This document shows, piece by piece, positions 30,011 to 40,541 of a DNA stretch of 62,056 bases. Made by a program: the position numbers and the translations under genes. The DNA lies in NCBI GenBank assembly GCA_017635565.1, contig JAGBLE010000013.1, forward strand, positions 1 to 62,056, given 5' to 3'. Position 1 is the stretch's first letter. Each line of letters begins with the position of its first letter. Source of the DNA: Bacilli bacterium. Its GTDB lineage: Bacteria; Bacillota_I; Bacilli_A; RFN20; CAG-826. The notes under the pieces were generated by a model, which was not told the origin of the DNA, made no database searches, and saw only the letters and a list, made by a program, of their open reading frames with translations.

Positions 30011-31386
30011 TATAAGAATAAGAGGAGGAGAATTCCTGCTGCAACAGCAGAGCCAATAACTCCTGCAACATTAGGCCCCATCGCGTGCATAAGTAAGAAG
30101 TTTGTTGGATCTTCCCTAACGCCTTCTTTATGAACAACACGTGCCGCCATTGGAACAGCACTAACTCCAGCTGCACCAATCATTGGATTAACTTTGCCCT
30201 TGGTAAGTAAGCACATAAGTTTTCCTCCAAGAACACCACTTGCAGTAGCAAATGAGAAGGCCAAAATTCCTAAGACAAAGATTAAGATTGTGTCAACTGT
30301 TAAGAAGGTTGCAGCATCAGCAGTACATCCAACACAAACTCCGAGAAGAATTGTGACAATGTACATCAATGTTTTTGCTAATGTTTCAGTAATTTTTGGA
30401 ACAACTCCACTTTCTTTGATTAAGTTACCAAGCATTAAGCAACCAATTAACGCTCCAGCACTTGGAACGATTAAGACTGTAATCGCAGTAACAATAATTG
30501 GGAAGAGAATCTTTTCTATTTTAGAAACTTCTCTTGGAGTTTCCATTTTAATTTGACGTTCTTTCTTTGTAGTAAGAAGTCTAATAATTGGAGGTTGAAT
30601 AACAGGAACTAAGGCCATATAAGAATAGGCAACAATTGCGATTGATGATAAATAATCTGGAGCTAATTTAGATGTAACCAAAATAGCGGTTGGTCCATCA
30701 GCTCCACCAATGATACCAATAGCAGAAGCAATACGTGCATCGAAATTGGTCCATCCTAATCCATTTTTACCTAACGCAATAGCGCCAATAAATGTAATAA
30801 AGATACCTAATTGAGCAGCAGCACCGAGTAACATTGTTTTCTTATTAGCAATAAGTGGCCCAAAGTCAGTCGTAGCGCCAATACATAAGAAGATTAAGCA
30901 TGGGTAAATACCCCACTTAACTCCGTAATATAAGAAACCAAATATTCCAGTGTAATCTGCGGAATAGATACTCTTAATGTTATTAACTAATTCAATGGTA
31001 AATAATCCACCTGAATCAGCAACAAAATTTTCTCCACTAATAAGATTGAATATTTGTTTTGTTGTTGCGGTTTCAGTGCCCAAAGCATCAAAAATGTATT
31101 TGCTTTGATCAGCAGTTAAACCTGCTTTTGCAGCAAAAGAAACCACATTATATTCAGTCGCCCCTTTTGCAAATATTTCTTTTCCAACGTAAGGAAGGTT
31201 TACAAGAAGCATTCCAAAGGCGATTGGAAGAAGCAAATATGGTTCGAATTTCTTTTTAATCGCTAAGAAAAGTAGCACAAGGGAAATGGCAATCATGATT
31301 AGATTAAGCCAACCACCAGCTTCAAAGAAGCCAGCAATACCTGAGCTAGTAAAGAAAGCTTTTATTGTCTCCCAAAACTTTTCCAT
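30010..31386 (-). CDS. oadB: Na+-translocating decarboxylase beta subunit
   Basis: EPYLLLPIAFG, IGIIGGADGPT, AYSYMALVP, GVSAVPMAARV and HAMGPNVAGVIGSA motifs. Confidence 0.95.
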   Translation of the reverse strand: MEKFWETIKAFFTSSGIAGFFEAGGWLNLIMIAISLVLLFLAIKKKFEPYLLLPIAFGMLLVNLPYVGKEIFAKGATEYNVVSFAAKAGLTADQSKYIFDALGTETATTKQIFNLISGENFVADSGGLFTIELVNNIKSIYSADYTGIFGFLYYGVKWGIYPCLIFLCIGATTDFGPLIANKKTMLLGAAAQLGIFITFIGAIALGKNGLGWTNFDARIASAIGIIGGADGPTAILVTSKLAPDYLSSIAIVAYSYMALVPVIQPPIIRLLTTKKERQIKMETPREVSKIEKILFPIIVTAITVLIVPSAGALIGCLMLGNLIKESGVVPKITETLAKTLMYIVTILLGVCVGCTADAATFLTVDTILIFVLGILAFSFATASGVLGGKLMCLLTKGKVNPMIGAAGVSAVPMAARVVHKEGVREDPTNFLLMHAMGPNVAGVIGSAVAAGILLLLFL

Positions 31387-31394
31387 AAACTTAA

Positions 31395-31745
31395 TTATTT
31401 AATTGTGATGACAACTTCTTTAGCGGTAACGTTTTGGCCTTTGCTAACAAGGACTTCCGCTACTTCTCCATCAAATGGTGAAACAACTTCATTTTCGAGT
31501 TTCATTGCTTCAATAATAAGTAGGGTTTGGCCTTTTTTAACAACATCACCAACTTTGACCTTAACATCAGTAACGCTTCCTTGAATTGGGGAAGGTACTT
31601 CGTTAACATTTCCACTACTAACCCTTTTTGGTTCTTCTTTTTTGGTTTCTGTTATTGTGGCAGGTGAATCACTTTTGACTTCTTCAACTGATTCGACTTC
31701 AACCTTATATGATTTTCCATTAACTTTGATTTTGTAAATTTTCAT
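31395..31745 (-). CDS. Biotin carboxyl carrier subunit of the Na+ decarboxylase
   Basis: EAMKLENE biotinylation motif. Confidence 0.93.
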   Translation of the reverse strand: MKIYKIKVNGKSYKVEVESVEEVKSDSPATITETKKEEPKRVSSGNVNEVPSPIQGSVTDVKVKVGDVVKKGQTLLIIEAMKLENEVVSPFDGEVAEVLVSKGQNVTAKEVVITIK

Positions 31746-31748
31746 AAC

Positions 31749-32048
31749 CTAATCCTCAATTCTTTTAATAGATTTAATTCTTGCGTCTTTTCCAGTTTCT
31801 TTATGGTATTCAATAGACGCGACAAGAACAGCAACCGCTGCATCTTCATCTTCGTTTAAAATTTCATTTTCTTTTCTTGGCATGATGCTGGTTTTGCTTT
31901 GAACAACTTCAATTCCCTTTTGGAAAACGGTTGTAATCAAAATGATAATAGCAAGAACCAAGAAAACGATGATGATCGCAATTAACGCAATTAAAAATGC
32001 ATCACCGATTCCAATATTTTCCCAATCATTCCAAACAGCCAAAACCAT
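31749..32048 (-). CDS. oadG: OadG-family membrane anchor subunit
   Basis: Single TM (IIIVFLVLAII) and EDAAVAVLVA motif; operon context. Confidence 0.8.
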   Translation of the reverse strand: MVLAVWNDWENIGIGDAFLIALIAIIIVFLVLAIIILITTVFQKGIEVVQSKTSIMPRKENEILNEDEDAAVAVLVASIEYHKETGKDARIKSIKRIED

Positions 32049-32050
32049 AA

Positions 32051-33421
32051 TTAAGCCTCAACTTTTATCTTGGTTGGTTTAGCATCTTCATTTCTTTGTT
32101 TAAGAAATTTAAGTGCAACATCACCAAATAAAGCGATAGAAAGAACATCTTCATCGCTCTTAGCGACATCTTTATATTGTTTCTTTAATTCTTGGAATTC
32201 AGGTTTTAAATCATCTGCTGGTCGATAAGTAATAACTTCATCATCACCAATGATTTTCTTGCGAATTTCTTCATCAACTGGTGCAGGTGATTTTCCATAT
32301 CTTCCGTGGAGATAATCATTGATTTCTTTTGGAACCATTTTATATCTCTCACCAGAAATAACATTTAAAACGGCTTGAGTTCCAACCATTTGTGATAATG
32401 GAGTAACTAAAGGTGGATATCCAAGATCTTTACGAACATTTGGAACTTCTTTTAAAACATCTTCTAATTTGTCAGAAGCACCTTGTTGTTTTAATTGGTT
32501 GATTAAATTAGAAAGCATTCCTCCAGGTACTTGATATTTGACAATATTAGCGTTAACTGAAAGAACTTTTGGATTTAATAATCCATTATTCAAATATTTT
32601 TGTTTAACTGGAGCAAGTTTATTTGCAGCAGCGTTAAGCATATCAGCGTTTAATTTTGGATCATATTCTGTTCCTTTAAGCGCGAAATTAAGAGATTCGG
32701 TACAAGGTTGGCTTGTTCCTCCAGACAAAGGAGAAATTGCGCAGTCAACAATATCGACTCCAGCTTCAATGGCTTTTAAATAAGTCATTTCACATAATCC
32801 GCCTGTGCAGTGACTATGTAATTCGATAGGTAATTTAGTGTTTTTCTTTAAAGCAGAAATGAGTTCATAAGCCGCCATTGGGGTTAAAACTCCAGCCATA
32901 TCTTTGATGCAAAGGCTATCTGCACCAAGTTTTTCAACTTCTTTAGCGAGTTCAACATAATAAGAAACTGTGTGAACTGGGGAAGTTGTATAGCTTAAAG
33001 CAATTTGGCATTCTCCACCATATTTTTTTGTGGCTTTAACTGCACACTCTAAATTTCTAATATCGTTTAAGGCATCGAAAATCCTAATGATATCAATACC
33101 ATTTTTGATTGATTTTTCGACAAATTTTTCAACGACATCATCAGCGTAATGACGATATCCAAGAATATTTTGTCCTCTGAATAACATTTGTAATTTTGTG
33201 TGCTTACAAACTTTTCTGACTTGTCTTAATCTTTCCCATGGATCTTCGTTTAAAAATCTAAGACAAGAATCAAATGTGGCACCACCCCAAACTTCTAAGG
33301 CGCGGTAACCAGCTTGATCTAATTCTTTTAAAGCGAGAAGAACCTCTTCAGTGGTCATTCTCGTTGCAAATAAGGATTGATGGCCATCTCTGAGGCCGGT
33401 TTCAACAATTTGAACTCCCAT
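32051..33421 (-). CDS. oadA: Oxaloacetate decarboxylase alpha (carboxyltransferase) subunit, biotin domain separate
   Basis: LRDGHQSL, WGGATFD, KDMAG, HSH, PGGM and LVTPLSQMVG motifs. Confidence 0.92.
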   Translation of the reverse strand: MGVQIVETGLRDGHQSLFATRMTTEEVLLALKELDQAGYRALEVWGGATFDSCLRFLNEDPWERLRQVRKVCKHTKLQMLFRGQNILGYRHYADDVVEKFVEKSIKNGIDIIRIFDALNDIRNLECAVKATKKYGGECQIALSYTTSPVHTVSYYVELAKEVEKLGADSLCIKDMAGVLTPMAAYELISALKKNTKLPIELHSHCTGGLCEMTYLKAIEAGVDIVDCAISPLSGGTSQPCTESLNFALKGTEYDPKLNADMLNAAANKLAPVKQKYLNNGLLNPKVLSVNANIVKYQVPGGMLSNLINQLKQQGASDKLEDVLKEVPNVRKDLGYPPLVTPLSQMVGTQAVLNVISGERYKMVPKEINDYLHGRYGKSPAPVDEEIRKKIIGDDEVITYRPADDLKPEFQELKKQYKDVAKSDEDVLSIALFGDVALKFLKQRNEDAKPTKIKVEA

Positions 33422-33431
33422 AACAATTCTC

Positions 33432-35039
33432 TTATTTGGCTTTTGGTCCAGCAGAAACTAAAGCCTTACCAGCATCGTTAGTTTCGTATTTGACAAAGTT
33501 CTTAACAAATCTACCTGCTAAATCAGCAGCTTTTGCATCCCAAACTTTTGGATCGGCGTATGTATCTCTTGGGTCTAAGATTTTTGGATCAACTCCTGGA
33601 AGTTCGGTTGGGACTTCGAAATCAAAGACTGGGATTTTCTTTGTTGGAGCTTTATTGATTGAGCCATCTAAGATAGCATCAATAATTCCACGTGTATCTT
33701 TAATGGAAATACGTTTTCCTGTTCCGTTCCAACCAGTGTTAACTAAGTAAGCTTTAGCACCACTGACTTTCATCTTCTTCACTAATTCTTCAGCGTATTT
33801 AGTTGGATGTAATTCCAAGAAAGCTTGGCCAAAACAAGCAGAGAATGTTGGAGTTGGTTCAGTAATTCCTCTTTCAGTTCCTGCAAGTTTAGCGGTAAAT
33901 CCACTTAAGAAATAATATTGAGTTTGTTCTGGAGTAAGGATTGATACTGGAGGTAAAACTCCGAAAGCATCAGCACTTAAGAAAATAACATTTTTAGCAT
34001 GTGGACCATGACTAATTGGTTTAACGATTTTTTCAATGTGATTAATTGGATAACTAACACGGGTGTTTTCGGTAACTGATTTATCAGCAAAATTGATTTT
34101 TCCGTTTTCGTCTACTGTGACGTTTTCTAATAAAGCATTTCTTCTAATTGCGTTATAAATATCTGGTTCGCTATCTTTATCAAGGTTGATAACTTTAGCG
34201 TAGCAACCACCTTCGAGGTTGAAGACACCATTATCATCCCAACCATGTTCATCGTCACCGATTAATAATCTCTTTGGATCGGTTGATAATGTGGTTTTAC
34301 CAGTTCCGCTTAATCCGAAGAAGATTGCGGTATTTTCACCATTCATATCTGTATTTGCAGAGCAGTGCATGCTAGCAATACCTTGAAGTGGTAAATAGTA
34401 GTTCATCATGGAGAACATACCTTTTTTCATTTCTCCACCATACCATGTATTTAAAATGACTTGCTCTCTACTTGTGATGTTAAATGCAACACAGGTTTCA
34501 CTGTTTAAGCCGAGTTCCTTGTAATTCTCAACTTTTGCTTTAGAAGCTGTGTAAACGATAAAGTTTGGTTCAAAGTTTTCAAGTTCTTCTTCTGTTGGTT
34601 TAATAAACATATTTCTAACGAAATGTGCTTGCCATGCGACTTCCATAATGAATCTGACTGCCATTCTGGTATCTTTGTTAGCACCGCAGAAAGCATCAAC
34701 AACGAATAATCTCTTTCCAGATAATTCTTTTTGGGCGAGCTTTTTAACTTCTTTCCAAGTTGCTTCAGTCATTGGGTGGTTATCATTTTTATAACCTTCT
34801 GAAGTCCACCAAACAGTGTCTTTACTATTTTCATCAACAACGATGAATTTGTCTTTTGGAGATCTTCCTGTATAAATACCAGTCATAACGTTGACAGCAC
34901 CGAGTTCGGTGAGTTGTCCTTTTTCATAACCGGTGAGTTCTTCTTTTGTTTCCTCTTCGAACAAAAATTCATAAGAAGGATTGTAGATGATCTCTTTAAC
35001 ATCGCAAATGCCATATTTGCTCAAATCAATTTTTTTCAT
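33432..35039 (-). CDS. pckA: Phosphoenolpyruvate carboxykinase (ATP)
   Basis: [39 protein letters not shown] and EGGCYAK motifs. Confidence 0.98.
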   Translation of the reverse strand: MKKIDLSKYGICDVKEIIYNPSYEFLFEEETKEELTGYEKGQLTELGAVNVMTGIYTGRSPKDKFIVVDENSKDTVWWTSEGYKNDNHPMTEATWKEVKKLAQKELSGKRLFVVDAFCGANKDTRMAVRFIMEVAWQAHFVRNMFIKPTEEELENFEPNFIVYTASKAKVENYKELGLNSETCVAFNITSREQVILNTWYGGEMKKGMFSMMNYYLPLQGIASMHCSANTDMNGENTAIFFGLSGTGKTTLSTDPKRLLIGDDEHGWDDNGVFNLEGGCYAKVINLDKDSEPDIYNAIRRNALLENVTVDENGKINFADKSVTENTRVSYPINHIEKIVKPISHGPHAKNVIFLSADAFGVLPPVSILTPEQTQYYFLSGFTAKLAGTERGITEPTPTFSACFGQAFLELHPTKYAEELVKKMKVSGAKAYLVNTGWNGTGKRISIKDTRGIIDAILDGSINKAPTKKIPVFDFEVPTELPGVDPKILDPRDTYADPKVWDAKAADLAGRFVKNFVKYETNDAGKALVSAGPKAK

Positions 35040-35060
35040 AAATGCTCCTTATCTATTTAT

Positions 35061-35074
35061 AGATAACGCTTTCC
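35061..35074. promoter_or_regulatory. cre-like (CcpA/LacI-type) site upstream of pckA
   Basis: Minus strand GGAAAGCGTTATCT, 13/14 match to TGWAARCGYTWNCW. Confidence 0.45.
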
Positions 35075-35164
35075 AAAAACGTCCGAAATCGGTTTTATTG
35101 TAGCACTATTTTATTGATTATATCAATATGTTAAATGGATTTTTCTTTATATTTAAAAAAGAAA

Positions 35165-35740
35165 CTATTTCTCAATAGTCTCTTGATTATTTTCTTGTTT
35201 TTTGGTTTTCTTTTGATCATCAATAACGCTTTTTGGTAATAGTAGCGTAATTAATATCGCTATTGTTATTTTTGCTATATCAAATGGAATATATGGAACA
35301 ACTGATATCATTAATGTTTTCTCTAATGTAAACGAGAGATATAGCATCATGAATATCGTTCCGATAATATAGCAAACAACTAAACCAACCGCGCAGGCAA
35401 TTATCATTCTTAAAACTGGGTGAATCTTAGGAATTTTATTTAAATAAAAGATGATTGGAGAAATGATAACAAAAGAAATGACATATCCAAACGTTGGCGT
35501 TACTCCAACTGCAAATCCGGCATAGATAGGAAGTAATAATCCTAATAAAAGATATAAGGAAGTAATAATGACACAATCAATAACGTGAGAAGCGGTCAAG
35601 CAAATGATAAACACCATTAGGAGTTGAAGAGACACTTTGATATTAGCGCCAAGTGGTAAAGAAAACATTCCAAGCACACACATCATTGCGAGTAATATCG
35701 CGTTTTTAGTAATTCTTTTGACAGTAATCGTATTCTTCAT
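35165..35740 (-). CDS. bioY: Biotin ECF transporter S component
   Basis: VSLQ, YLLLGL..PIYAG, PTFGY and PYIPFDIAK motifs; next to a biotin-dependent operon. Confidence 0.9.
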   Translation of the reverse strand: MKNTITVKRITKNAILLAMMCVLGMFSLPLGANIKVSLQLLMVFIICLTASHVIDCVIITSLYLLLGLLLPIYAGFAVGVTPTFGYVISFVIISPIIFYLNKIPKIHPVLRMIIACAVGLVVCYIIGTIFMMLYLSFTLEKTLMISVVPYIPFDIAKITIAILITLLLPKSVIDDQKKTKKQENNQETIEK

Positions 35741-35831
35741 AACAACTTAATAATATAAAGAAAAATAATTGATAATTAAATAGAGAAAAAATTTTGTTTT
35801 TGCCCAATCTGAAAAAATGTAATCTAAATAT

Positions 35832-36617
35832 ATGAAAAATAAGATTTCAATCATCTTTGTTGATATTGATTGGACAATATTTGATCATTCAAAAAATCCT
35901 TCTGAGTTTGATTTTGTTTCAATCGAAAAACTAAATGAATTGCATGAATCTGGAACAAAAATATTTATTTACACCGCTCGACCATATCATTCGGTTGAAC
36001 AAATTCATCTTTTCGATTATCTCAAACCTGACGGAATGATTCTTTCTAATGGTGGATTAATCATTTATAAAGATGAAATCCTATATGGCTCTTGGTTTGA
36101 CACAAAAGTGTTTGAAGATTTTTGTAATTTAGCCCTTTCCCTACATGTAAACGTTGAAGGAATAAGACCTTATAACGCTTTCCTTATCGCCCCAGAAGAT
36201 GACGCTGTTCATAGTTTATTTATTGATTATCCAGAAGATGTTCCTCCAGTTGAAGATTTCCATAATCAAAAAGTTATTGGTGCGGCTTTATTTGCTCCAA
36301 AAGAATTAGATGATATTATTCGTCCAACATTACCTGATAAAATGTTTTATTTTAGATATCACGACTTTGGTGTTGATGTCGCCCCACTACCTCACGATAA
36401 AGGAGAAGCTATTAAATTTGTTTTAAAGAAGCTATTGATTAATAAAGATGAAGCGATGGCAATTGGGGATGATTTCGCTGATATATCAATGTTTAAACAG
36501 GTCAAATATAGTGTGGCAATGGAAAATGGTCGAGAAGAAGTAAAAAAATCTGCTTCTTTTATTACAGATACGGTTAGTAATCATGGAGTTAAAAAGATAT
36601 TAGATAAATTATCTTAA
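35832..36617 (+). CDS. Cof-type HAD-IIB hydrolase
   Basis: DIDWT, TARP, NGG, DKG, AIGDDFADISM and VAMEN motifs. Confidence 0.88.
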   Translation: MKNKISIIFVDIDWTIFDHSKNPSEFDFVSIEKLNELHESGTKIFIYTARPYHSVEQIHLFDYLKPDGMILSNGGLIIYKDEILYGSWFDTKVFEDFCNLALSLHVNVEGIRPYNAFLIAPEDDAVHSLFIDYPEDVPPVEDFHNQKVIGAALFAPKELDDIIRPTLPDKMFYFRYHDFGVDVAPLPHDKGEAIKFVLKKLLINKDEAMAIGDDFADISMFKQVKYSVAMENGREEVKKSASFITDTVSNHGVKKILDKLS

Positions 36618-37271
36618 AGACTTAAATTTTTCTTTTGTTTCTTCTGATATACGATATGATTCAGCTATCTTACTGATGGTTTTTCTTTTTAACTTATCAT
36701 CATCGATATTTTTCAAGAATTCGTATACTTCATTTTCATATTTAATGGCAATAGTCGCTAATAGCCAAGCTTCACCCATCATTACCATATATTCATCATG
36801 AAGCGAGAATAGTTCAAAAAGCGAAAGAACTCCACTATTTTGATAAAATTTGAGTCCATAAATATAGGCAAATCTTCTTTCATAAATACGTTTTGATTGA
36901 TAAGTTTTTAAGAAGAAATCTCTATATTTTTCAAAAGTGCATTTCTTTAAATAATGAGGGATTGAATCAGTAACTGCCCAACTATCAGCGTATTTGATAT
37001 TTTTCCTCAAGAAAGATAGTTGCTCATCAATCGTTTTTATTCTAAGCAAAGAAACACCAAAATATATTAAATCAATCTCAAGATATTCTTTTAATTTGAA
37101 ATCTTTTAGTTCTAATTCATTATCAATGGATAATTCTTTGACTAGCCTCTTTATAATAGGTGAACGAACACCAATACAATTTAAATCAGAATTTAGAAGT
37201 TTCTTAGTGAACTTAGAATACTCTTCATCCCTAATTTCAAATAAATAATTAACTAATTTTTGGTAGTTCAT
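36609..37271 (-). CDS. DNA alkylation repair protein (AlkD-like)
   Basis: IGVRSP, DSWAVTD and EYMVMMGEAWLLAT motifs; start moved to ATG 37271. Confidence 0.85.
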   Translation of the reverse strand: MNYQKLVNYLFEIRDEEYSKFTKKLLNSDLNCIGVRSPIIKRLVKELSIDNELELKDFKLKEYLEIDLIYFGVSLLRIKTIDEQLSFLRKNIKYADSWAVTDSIPHYLKKCTFEKYRDFFLKTYQSKRIYERRFAYIYGLKFYQNSGVLSLFELFSLHDEYMVMMGEAWLLATIAIKYENEVYEFLKNIDDDKLKRKTISKIAESYRISEETKEKFKSLR

Positions 37272-37362
37272 ATGACAATAATACAACATAATATTTATAT
37301 TTTCGATTTGTTATTTTAATAACAGTTAGTGGTATAATGATAATTGCTGATTTATAGAAAGT

Positions 37363-38349
37363 ATGAACGAATTATTATTTAGTGTTATCGTCCCTGTTTA
37401 TAATGTCGAAAAATATATCGACCAGTGTCTTTCATCTATTCAAAAACAAACTTATAAAGATTTTGAAGTAATTATTGTTAATGACGGAAGCAAAGATGAA
37501 AGTATTAATATTGCAAAAAAATATGTAGAAGCTGATTCTCGCTTCTCTATTATTGATCAAGAAAACAAAGGATTAGCAATTGCGAGAAGAGTCGGTGCTT
37601 TATCTGCAAAAGGACAATATATTATCAACATCGATTCCGATGATTATGTTGATGAAAAATATTTTGAAAATATGGCGGAAATCATTAAATCTAATAACAG
37701 TCCAGATTTAGTGTGCCTCAACCATTTTGAAAACGAAGACAAGCTCATTGAAAACCCAAACTTCAATGACACTCTGTTGAATAAAGAACAAATAGAAAAA
37801 ATCATATATCCATATCTCATAAGAGCGAAAGACTTCCATTATTTCGTTCCAACCGCATGGTCAAAGGCTATTAAAAGAGAACTATACACAAAGTTTACCT
37901 GCACAACTAGAATCCAAGTTGGAGAAGATGGCTCAGTCACAATACCAGTTGTTATTAATTCAAATACGATATATCTATCTAAAAAAACTGGATACCACTA
38001 CCGAATTAATAATTCTTCTTTAATCCAAAATAAGAAGCCTCGTAATTATGATGATGTTTTTAATACCTATAATCACATCATTTCAAACATCGATATAAAT
38101 GAATTCGATTTTAAAAAGCAGTTGTATCGTTTTATTTCTCATTTATTCTTTAATTGCTCAGTCACTCAATTTTACTGTGATAAAAAATATAAAGAAGTTA
38201 AGAAGATTATTTTAGAGAAAATGAATGAACCAATCATAAAAGAAGCAATAAAACATTTAGATGCCTCTGGATTTAAAGGAAAATTAATGAGGCATTCCTT
38301 AAAACATAAGAGAATATATTTAATGAAATTGTATAGTCATATAATGTAG
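37363..38349 (+). CDS. Glycosyltransferase family 2
   Basis: SVIVPVYNVEKY, VNDGSKD, DSDD and GED motifs. Confidence 0.92.
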   Translation: MNELLFSVIVPVYNVEKYIDQCLSSIQKQTYKDFEVIIVNDGSKDESINIAKKYVEADSRFSIIDQENKGLAIARRVGALSAKGQYIINIDSDDYVDEKYFENMAEIIKSNNSPDLVCLNHFENEDKLIENPNFNDTLLNKEQIEKIIYPYLIRAKDFHYFVPTAWSKAIKRELYTKFTCTTRIQVGEDGSVTIPVVINSNTIYLSKKTGYHYRINNSSLIQNKKPRNYDDVFNTYNHIISNIDINEFDFKKQLYRFISHLFFNCSVTQFYCDKKYKEVKKIILEKMNEPIIKEAIKHLDASGFKGKLMRHSLKHKRIYLMKLYSHIM

Positions 38350-38357
38350 GAAAAATT

Positions 38358-39410
38358 ATGAAAATTATTACATGTGCAAGTTATTTTGGCTCTGGTAGCA
38401 GCGCCCTTACAGATTTGGTTTCAGAATATTCAAGCGTTCATGCAAATGATGATTTTGAATTTCGTTTTATTCATGATCCAGATGGAATTAGCGACCTCGA
38501 ATACCATTTAGTTGAAAATCATAATCGAGAATGTTCTGGATATGCTTTAAAAAGATTCATTAAAGTTTCAAACTTCAATAGCGGAACTTGGTTTAACAAA
38601 AAATACGAAAAGTATTTCCATGGAAAATATAAAGAATACACAAAAGAATATGTGAATGATTTACTTGATTTCTCATATAAAGGATTTTGGGTATACGATG
38701 TTGCCGCTAACGGAAAATTCAAATATTATTGTCGCGCGTTTATTAACAAATTTTTCATTAAATTCAACATGGAAAAACCTCAAATTATGCGTAAAGAAAT
38801 CACTTATTGTTCTCATCCAAGTGAAGAAAAATTTCTTGATGCAACTCGAAAATATACTTCTAAATTACTTAATTACCTCAATAACGATAACAAACCATTT
38901 TTAGTAATTGATCAAATCCTTCCTTCATCTAATATCGAACGATGTATGAGATATTTTGATGATGAAATATTTACCTTTGTTTTTGATCGCGACCCTCGTG
39001 ATGTTTATATATTAACTAAGACTGTTTGGAAATATGACCACATCTTCCCACATAATTCAGTTGAAACTTTCTGTAAGTGGTTTGATTACGCAAGAAAAAG
39101 CGCTAAAGAAAAGAGTAAAGATAAACATGTAATTTATCTCAATTTTGAAGATTTAATATTTAAATATGAAGAAACAGTAAAAATGATTGAATCCACTATT
39201 GGACTAGACAATAAAGATCACACAAATCAATTTAGTAGACTTAACCCAAAAAGAAGCGTTGTAAATACTCAAATTTGGGAAAGATATCCTAAATATAAAG
39301 ATGATATCGCATACATTAAAGAGCATTTAAAAGAATACCTATACGATTTTGAAAGTGTAAAAGAAAACGAAATATGTGGTATTGATGTTAAAAACAAAGA
39401 GGTTTTCTAA
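38358..39410 (+). CDS. Sulfotransferase-fold protein
   Basis: N-terminal GSGSSA loop, DRDPRD and FEDL motifs typical of PAPS-dependent sulfotransferase folds. Confidence 0.65.
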   Translation: MKIITCASYFGSGSSALTDLVSEYSSVHANDDFEFRFIHDPDGISDLEYHLVENHNRECSGYALKRFIKVSNFNSGTWFNKKYEKYFHGKYKEYTKEYVNDLLDFSYKGFWVYDVAANGKFKYYCRAFINKFFIKFNMEKPQIMRKEITYCSHPSEEKFLDATRKYTSKLLNYLNNDNKPFLVIDQILPSSNIERCMRYFDDEIFTFVFDRDPRDVYILTKTVWKYDHIFPHNSVETFCKWFDYARKSAKEKSKDKHVIYLNFEDLIFKYEETVKMIESTIGLDNKDHTNQFSRLNPKRSVVNTQIWERYPKYKDDIAYIKEHLKEYLYDFESVKENEICGIDVKNKEVF

Positions 39411-40504
39411 TGAAAAAAATTCTCATTGTCTCTAATCACCTTCAATATGGTGACGGCGTTTGTTGCACCTTGATTTCTTTTGCTAATTTATTAAACGAAT
39501 TAGGTTATGAAGTAACAATTTCTTTTATGCTTAGATTTGATAAAAGGTTATTACCTTTATTTGATAAAAACATAAAAATCAGAAGAGCGTTTTCTCTTCC
39601 AGTTTTTAAAGGTTGGGATAGATTGATGTCTTTTCTACCAGGTAAGTTTTTATATAATAAAGCCAGCAAAAAAGAAAAGTTTGATATCGAAATTGGATAT
39701 TGTTGGAGAAACCCTACTATCGCAATTGCTAATTCGACAAATAAAGAAGCTAAGCACATCATGTATACGCATGGATATAATGACGCTAGTAAATATTATC
39801 ATCGTTTTGACTGTGTTTTTGCCCAATCAAAAGGAATGGCAAATCTAATTGAAAAAGATAAAAAGAGCGGAGTTCCTATCTATTTATTCCATAATTGCTT
39901 CGATGATCAAACAATAATTGAACATTCTCTTATCGCTCCTAATTTCACTAAAAATCCAAACAAAAAATTATTTGTTGTTGTTGGAAGAATAACTACTGAA
40001 AAAGGATGTTTTAGATTACTTGAAGTTGCAAAAAGATTAATAAACGAAGGAAAAGATTTTGAACTCTGGTATCTTGGAAGCGGATATCTTGAAAAAGATA
40101 TGAATGTCTATATAAAAGAAAACCACTTAGAAGAAAATATTAAATTATTAGGTGTTCAATCGAATCCATATAATTTAATCAAACAAGCTGATTGTCTTAT
40201 TTGTCCTTCAACTCAAGAAGGATATAACACTGCGTGTGTTGAAGCATGTATCCTTGAAGTACCAGTTTTGACCACTGATGTTTTTGGAGCAATTGATATC
40301 GTTGAAGAGGCAAAAGCGGGTAAAGTGGTTGAAAATAACGAAGAAGGTCTTTATGAAGGATTCAAATTTGTTTTGGATCATCCTGAAGAAATTGCTAAAT
40401 GGAAAGAGACATTAAAAAAGACAAAATTTAATTTTTATAAAGAGACAAAAAAGAAATTACTTATTAACCTTCTTAACGGAATTGAAAATGAACAAGTAAA
40501 TTAA
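39410..40504 (+). CDS. Glycosyltransferase family 4 (GT-B)
   Basis: VGRITTEKG, LLGVQSNPY and PSTQEGYNTACVEA (EX7E) motifs. Confidence 0.9.
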   Translation: MKKILIVSNHLQYGDGVCCTLISFANLLNELGYEVTISFMLRFDKRLLPLFDKNIKIRRAFSLPVFKGWDRLMSFLPGKFLYNKASKKEKFDIEIGYCWRNPTIAIANSTNKEAKHIMYTHGYNDASKYYHRFDCVFAQSKGMANLIEKDKKSGVPIYLFHNCFDDQTIIEHSLIAPNFTKNPNKKLFVVVGRITTEKGCFRLLEVAKRLINEGKDFELWYLGSGYLEKDMNVYIKENHLEENIKLLGVQSNPYNLIKQADCLICPSTQEGYNTACVEACILEVPVLTTDVFGAIDIVEEAKAGKVVENNEEGLYEGFKFVLDHPEEIAKWKETLKKTKFNFYKETKKKLLINLLNGIENEQVN

Positions 40505-40541
40505 TTTACTTTACGAAATATAGCCGAACATATATAATCTA

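Noticed and set aside
35741-35831. BirA operator upstream of bioY
   Set aside because: No convincing dyad, and the BirA here lacks a DNA-binding domain.
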